Part shown: piece after piece, positions 61,337 through 64,000 of the stretch
Numbering within the stretch: the stretch's first letter is position 1
How the letters are laid out: each line of letters begins with the position of its first letter
Assembly (NCBI GenBank): GCA_039820585.1
Contig: JBCBPV010000014.1
Span: 3,811-67,810, forward strand
Source of the DNA: Pseudomonadota bacterium
GTDB lineage: Bacteria; Pseudomonadota; Alphaproteobacteria; Rhodobacterales; Rhodobacteraceae
Length of the DNA stretch: 64,000 nt
Reading direction: 5' to 3'
Made by a program: the position numbers and the translations under genes
The notes under the pieces: model-generated
The model's database searches: none
The model's input: only the letters and a program-made list of their open reading frames with translations
Told to the model about the DNA's origin: nothing

Positions 61337-62313
61337 TTTTTCAGGTTCTTCGCCGAATTGGTGATCGCATCGTACTGCCCCTGAGGCCGAAACGACCACA
61401 GATACTCGGGCAGCACCGCCTCCAGCGATGTCGGCGTGATCCCCAGATCCGCAAACCCCGGATGGTCGCCCGTCACCACATTATCCCGCGCCAGATTACG
61501 CACCTGGTCGCGGGTCACAGGCCCCTTGATCAGCCCCAGCGACACCGTGTTCAACAGATCGAACCCAAACCCCATGATCCGCCCCACCCAGATCGGCAGA
61601 CCCAGGATAATCCGCCGGCGCATCACCACCTCCAGCATCTGGGTCATCAACTCGCGGAACGTATCCACATCCGGCCCGCCAAGCTCATAGATCCCCGGCT
61701 TGGCCACGCCTTCCAGCCCGGCCACCGCCGCCTGCGCCACGTCATCAACATAGACCGGCTGGAACTTCGTCTTCGGCGAAATGATCGGCAAAAACGGGCT
61801 CATCCGCGTCATTCCCGCAAAGCGATTGAAAAAGTCATCCTCTGGCCCGAACACCACCGAAGGCCGCAAGATCACCGCCTGCGGCATATGCTTCAAAACC
61901 CCGGCCTCACCCTCGGCCTTACTTCGGGAATAGTCGCTATCGCTCTCCGCGTCCGCCCCAATGGCCGACACATGGACCATCCGCTCAACACCTTCAGCCG
62001 CCGCAATCCGGGCCACGCGTTCGGCCCCTTCGGCCTGCACCGCATCAAACGTATTCGCCCCCTCCCGCGCCAGGATGCCCACGCAGTTCACCACCGCATC
62101 GGCCCCCTGCATCACCGCCCGTACGCTGTCGTCATCGCGGATGTTGCAGAACACCGGTTCCACCTGACCCACGACGCCGTAGGGTTTGACAAAGATCGCC
62201 TCGTTCGGGCGCCGCACCGCCACGCGGATGCGCCAGCCCTGCTGCGCCAGGCGGCGGGCGATATAGCGGCCCACGAACCCCGATCCGCCGTAGATGGTGA
62301 CAAGCTTGGACAT
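61333..62313 (-). CDS. NDUFA9-like NAD(P)-binding epimerase/dehydratase family protein
   Basis: [18 protein letters not shown] Rossmann motif and an atypical-SDR architecture. Confidence 0.85.
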   Translation of the reverse strand: MSKLVTIYGGSGFVGRYIARRLAQQGWRIRVAVRRPNEAIFVKPYGVVGQVEPVFCNIRDDDSVRAVMQGADAVVNCVGILAREGANTFDAVQAEGAERVARIAAAEGVERMVHVSAIGADAESDSDYSRSKAEGEAGVLKHMPQAVILRPSVVFGPEDDFFNRFAGMTRMSPFLPIISPKTKFQPVYVDDVAQAAVAGLEGVAKPGIYELGGPDVDTFRELMTQMLEVVMRRRIILGLPIWVGRIMGFGFDLLNTVSLGLIKGPVTRDQVRNLARDNVVTGDHPGFADLGITPTSLEAVLPEYLWSFRPQGQYDAITNSAKNLKN

Positions 62314-62397
62314 GCGATAGGCTCCGCCATTGATCGGCCTTGTGCATAGCCCCCGGGGCCCCCGCTAACAAGCGGCCATCACGCCGCAAGCGGGGCG

Positions 62398-62426
62398 TTG
62401 ACAGCATCTGACCGGGCTTGTATTGC
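62398..62426 (+). promoter_or_regulatory. Putative sigma70-type promoter of tRNA-Leu
   Basis: TTGACA (62398-62403), 17-nt spacer, TATTGC (62421-62426), ending 17 nt before the tRNA 5' end. Confidence 0.5.
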
Positions 62427-62443
62427 CCGCGGTCACGACACCT

Positions 62444-62530
62444 GCCCAGGTGGCGGAATTGGTAGACGCGCTAGCTTCAGGTGCTAGTGTCCGTATGGAC
62501 GTGGAGGTTCGAGTCCTCTCCTGGGCACCA
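62444..62530 (+). tRNA. tRNA-Leu (anticodon CAG)
   Basis: Type II tRNA: acceptor GCCCAGG/CCTGGGC, anticodon arm CTAGC-TTCAGGT-GCTAG, long variable arm, T arm GGAGG-TTCGAGT-CCTCT, encoded CCA. Confidence 0.93.
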
Positions 62531-62554
62531 ACTCCCCGATGGGAGCCGCGGCAC

Positions 62555-63166
62555 TTGGCAAATCATCTCTATCAAGGCGATCTTCCCGATGGGCTGGACC
62601 TGGGTCCGGTCGTTGCGATCGATTGCGAAACCATGGGCCTCAACCCCCATCGTGACCGCCTGTGCGTGGTCCAGATGTCGGGCGGTGACGGCGAGGCGCA
62701 TATGGTGCAGGTGGGCAAAGGCCAGGCCGAGGCCCCGAACCTCTGCGCGATGCTGGCCGATCCCAAGGTGCTGAAGCTGTTCCACTTTGGCCGCTTCGAT
62801 ATCGCCGCCCTGCAAAACGCCTTCGGGGTGGTCACGGCTCCGGTCTACTGCACCAAGATCGCGTCAAAACTGATCCGCACCTATACCGACCGGCATGGCC
62901 TGAAGAACCTGCTCGACGAGCTGCTCGGCATCGACATCTCAAAGCAGCAACAGATGAGCGATTGGGGCGCCGAGACACTGACCGACGCCCAGCTCGACTA
63001 CGCCGCTTCAGACGTTCTTTACCTCCATCGGCTCAAAGAGGCGCTGGATGGCCGCCTGGCCCGTGAAGGGCGTACCGAGATCGCGCAGAAGTGCTTCGAC
63101 TTTCTGCCGACACGGGCGCACCTGGATGTTGCGGGCTGGCCCGAGATCGACATTTTCGCCCACTGA
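62555..63166 (+). CDS. Short RNase D-like 3'-5' exonuclease (DEDD family)
   Basis: AIDCETMGL (ExoI), HFGRFD (ExoII) and YAASDVLYL (ExoIII). There is no in-frame ATG; the TTG at 62555 has GGGAG 9 nt upstream. The track ORF start at 62423 would run through the tRNA. Confidence 0.8.
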   Translation: MANHLYQGDLPDGLDLGPVVAIDCETMGLNPHRDRLCVVQMSGGDGEAHMVQVGKGQAEAPNLCAMLADPKVLKLFHFGRFDIAALQNAFGVVTAPVYCTKIASKLIRTYTDRHGLKNLLDELLGIDISKQQQMSDWGAETLTDAQLDYAASDVLYLHRLKEALDGRLAREGRTEIAQKCFDFLPTRAHLDVAGWPEIDIFAH

Positions 63167-63196
63167 CGCCGCGCCTTCGCCGGACAGGGACCCGAC

Positions 63197-63814
63197 ATGA
63201 CCGTTTCAGATGGCTTCTACTCCCGGTTCGTGTTCTGGCTGAAGGTCCTGCTGCCGATCATTGCGCTGGGCATCCTGTCCACCCTGTTCTTCCTCGCCCG
63301 CGCGCCGGATGCGGACCGCGAAATCCCCTATGCCACGTCCCCCGGCGGCGTGCCCATCACCCCCAACGATCTGATCGCCGACCCCAGCTTTGTGGGTGTC
63401 TCGCCCGATGGTGCGGCGCTGTCGTTCCGCGCAAGCACCGTCACCCCGCGCGACGCCGCGCTCAGTGCCCTTGTCGCGCGCGATCTGCGCAGCCGGATCG
63501 AAACCGTCGATGGCCGCAGTGTCGATACCGTGTCAGAGGCTGGGGTGATCGACCTTGAGGCACAGCTGGCAGAGTTTGAGGGTGTGGTCGAATTGCGCAC
63601 CTCCGATGGGTTTGCCATCGGCGCCCGGGATATCACGGCGCGGCTGGACCGTGTGGATATCCAGACAGACAACCCGATCCAGGCCGTGACACCGCTGGGC
63701 ACACTCAACGCGGGGTCCATGCAGGTCACCGCCGGGGAAGGGGGACGGTACGTTCTGGTTTTCAACGGGGGCGTCGAACTGATATACGCCCCCCACGAAG
63801 ACAAGGACCCCTAA
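63197..63814 (+). CDS. lptC: LptC-like LPS export periplasmic protein
   Basis: N-terminal anchor FVFWLKVLLPIIALGILSTLFFL and beta-rich OstA-like repeats. Immediately upstream of lptA. Confidence 0.65.
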   Translation: MTVSDGFYSRFVFWLKVLLPIIALGILSTLFFLARAPDADREIPYATSPGGVPITPNDLIADPSFVGVSPDGAALSFRASTVTPRDAALSALVARDLRSRIETVDGRSVDTVSEAGVIDLEAQLAEFEGVVELRTSDGFAIGARDITARLDRVDIQTDNPIQAVTPLGTLNAGSMQVTAGEGGRYVLVFNGGVELIYAPHEDKDP

Positions 63815-64000
63815 GTGCTGCCCGTTCGTCGAACCCTTGCCATGCTGGCCATCGCAGCCTGCCCCGCCATCGCGCTGGCGCAGGGCACGAACGTGTCGAT
63901 CGGACCGCTCGCGCTCGATAGCGGGTTGCCGGTGGAAGTGACCGCCGAGTCGCTGTCGGTGGATCAGGACAGCGGCAGCGCGGTCTTCACCGGCGGTGTC
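63815..64000 (+). CDS. lptA: LptA (OstA N-terminal domain) periplasmic protein, 5' part only
   Basis: GTG directly after the lptC stop. Signal peptide LAMLAIAACPAIALAQG, then PVEVTAESLSVDQDSGSAVFTGGV. Runs off the window. Confidence 0.65.
   Translation, partial: MLPVRRTLAMLAIAACPAIALAQGTNVSIGPLALDSGLPVEVTAESLSVDQDSGSAVFTGGV

Noticed and set aside
62423-62554. N-terminal extension of the RNase D-like ORF
   Set aside because: It would translate straight through tRNA-Leu (62444-62530). The conserved N-terminus (ANHLYQGDLP) begins at the TTG at 62555.

Overview
High-GC (roughly 62-66%) alphaproteobacterial chromosome segment with Rhodobacterales-type gene content and synteny, densely packed with housekeeping genes. 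Recognisable blocks, in order: a PAS sensor kinase (partial); regB-senC-regA redox signalling; ahcY. Then the EVE/YciI/gpsA/tsaD operon; hemD, an alphaproteobacterial Mic60-like protein and a HemY-like TPR protein; tRNA-Thr. Then a BCCT transporter; tRNA-Lys; dapF-mtaB; petABC (cytochrome bc1). Then thiBPQ behind a TPP riboswitch; aroC; ccdA with a thioredoxin; HU; ade-amn; xseB-ispA-dxs. Then a MarR plus OmpR-type pair (petP/petR-like); ilvE; queG; mtgA; gltB and gltD separated by three inserted genes. Finally uppP; tRNA-Leu followed directly by an RNase D-like gene; lptC-lptA (partial). No rRNA, CRISPR, transposase or integrase was found. Many long ORFs in the track are antisense or off-frame artefacts of the high GC content and are rejected. 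The best candidate for something undescribed is an ~850-bp low-GC islet (46746-47530) between ilvE and a DMT transporter. It carries a two-gene cassette: an acidic 91-aa protein with a degenerate minimal-nucleotidyltransferase-like motif, overlapping a 165-aa HEPN/UPF0332-like protein that has no ATG start and R-x4-Y in place of R-x4-6-H. Secondary observations: a decayed lower-GC segment abutting tRNA-Thr, containing a 5'-truncated oxidoreductase pseudogene with two in-frame nonsense codons and an intact BCCT gene; an orphan intrinsic terminator that may mark an sRNA; an 18-nt palindrome with 11-nt tandem repeats between gltD and the inserted GFA genes; and a structured AT-rich gltD/uppP intergenic region. 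All family assignments come from my own motif recognition, not database searches.
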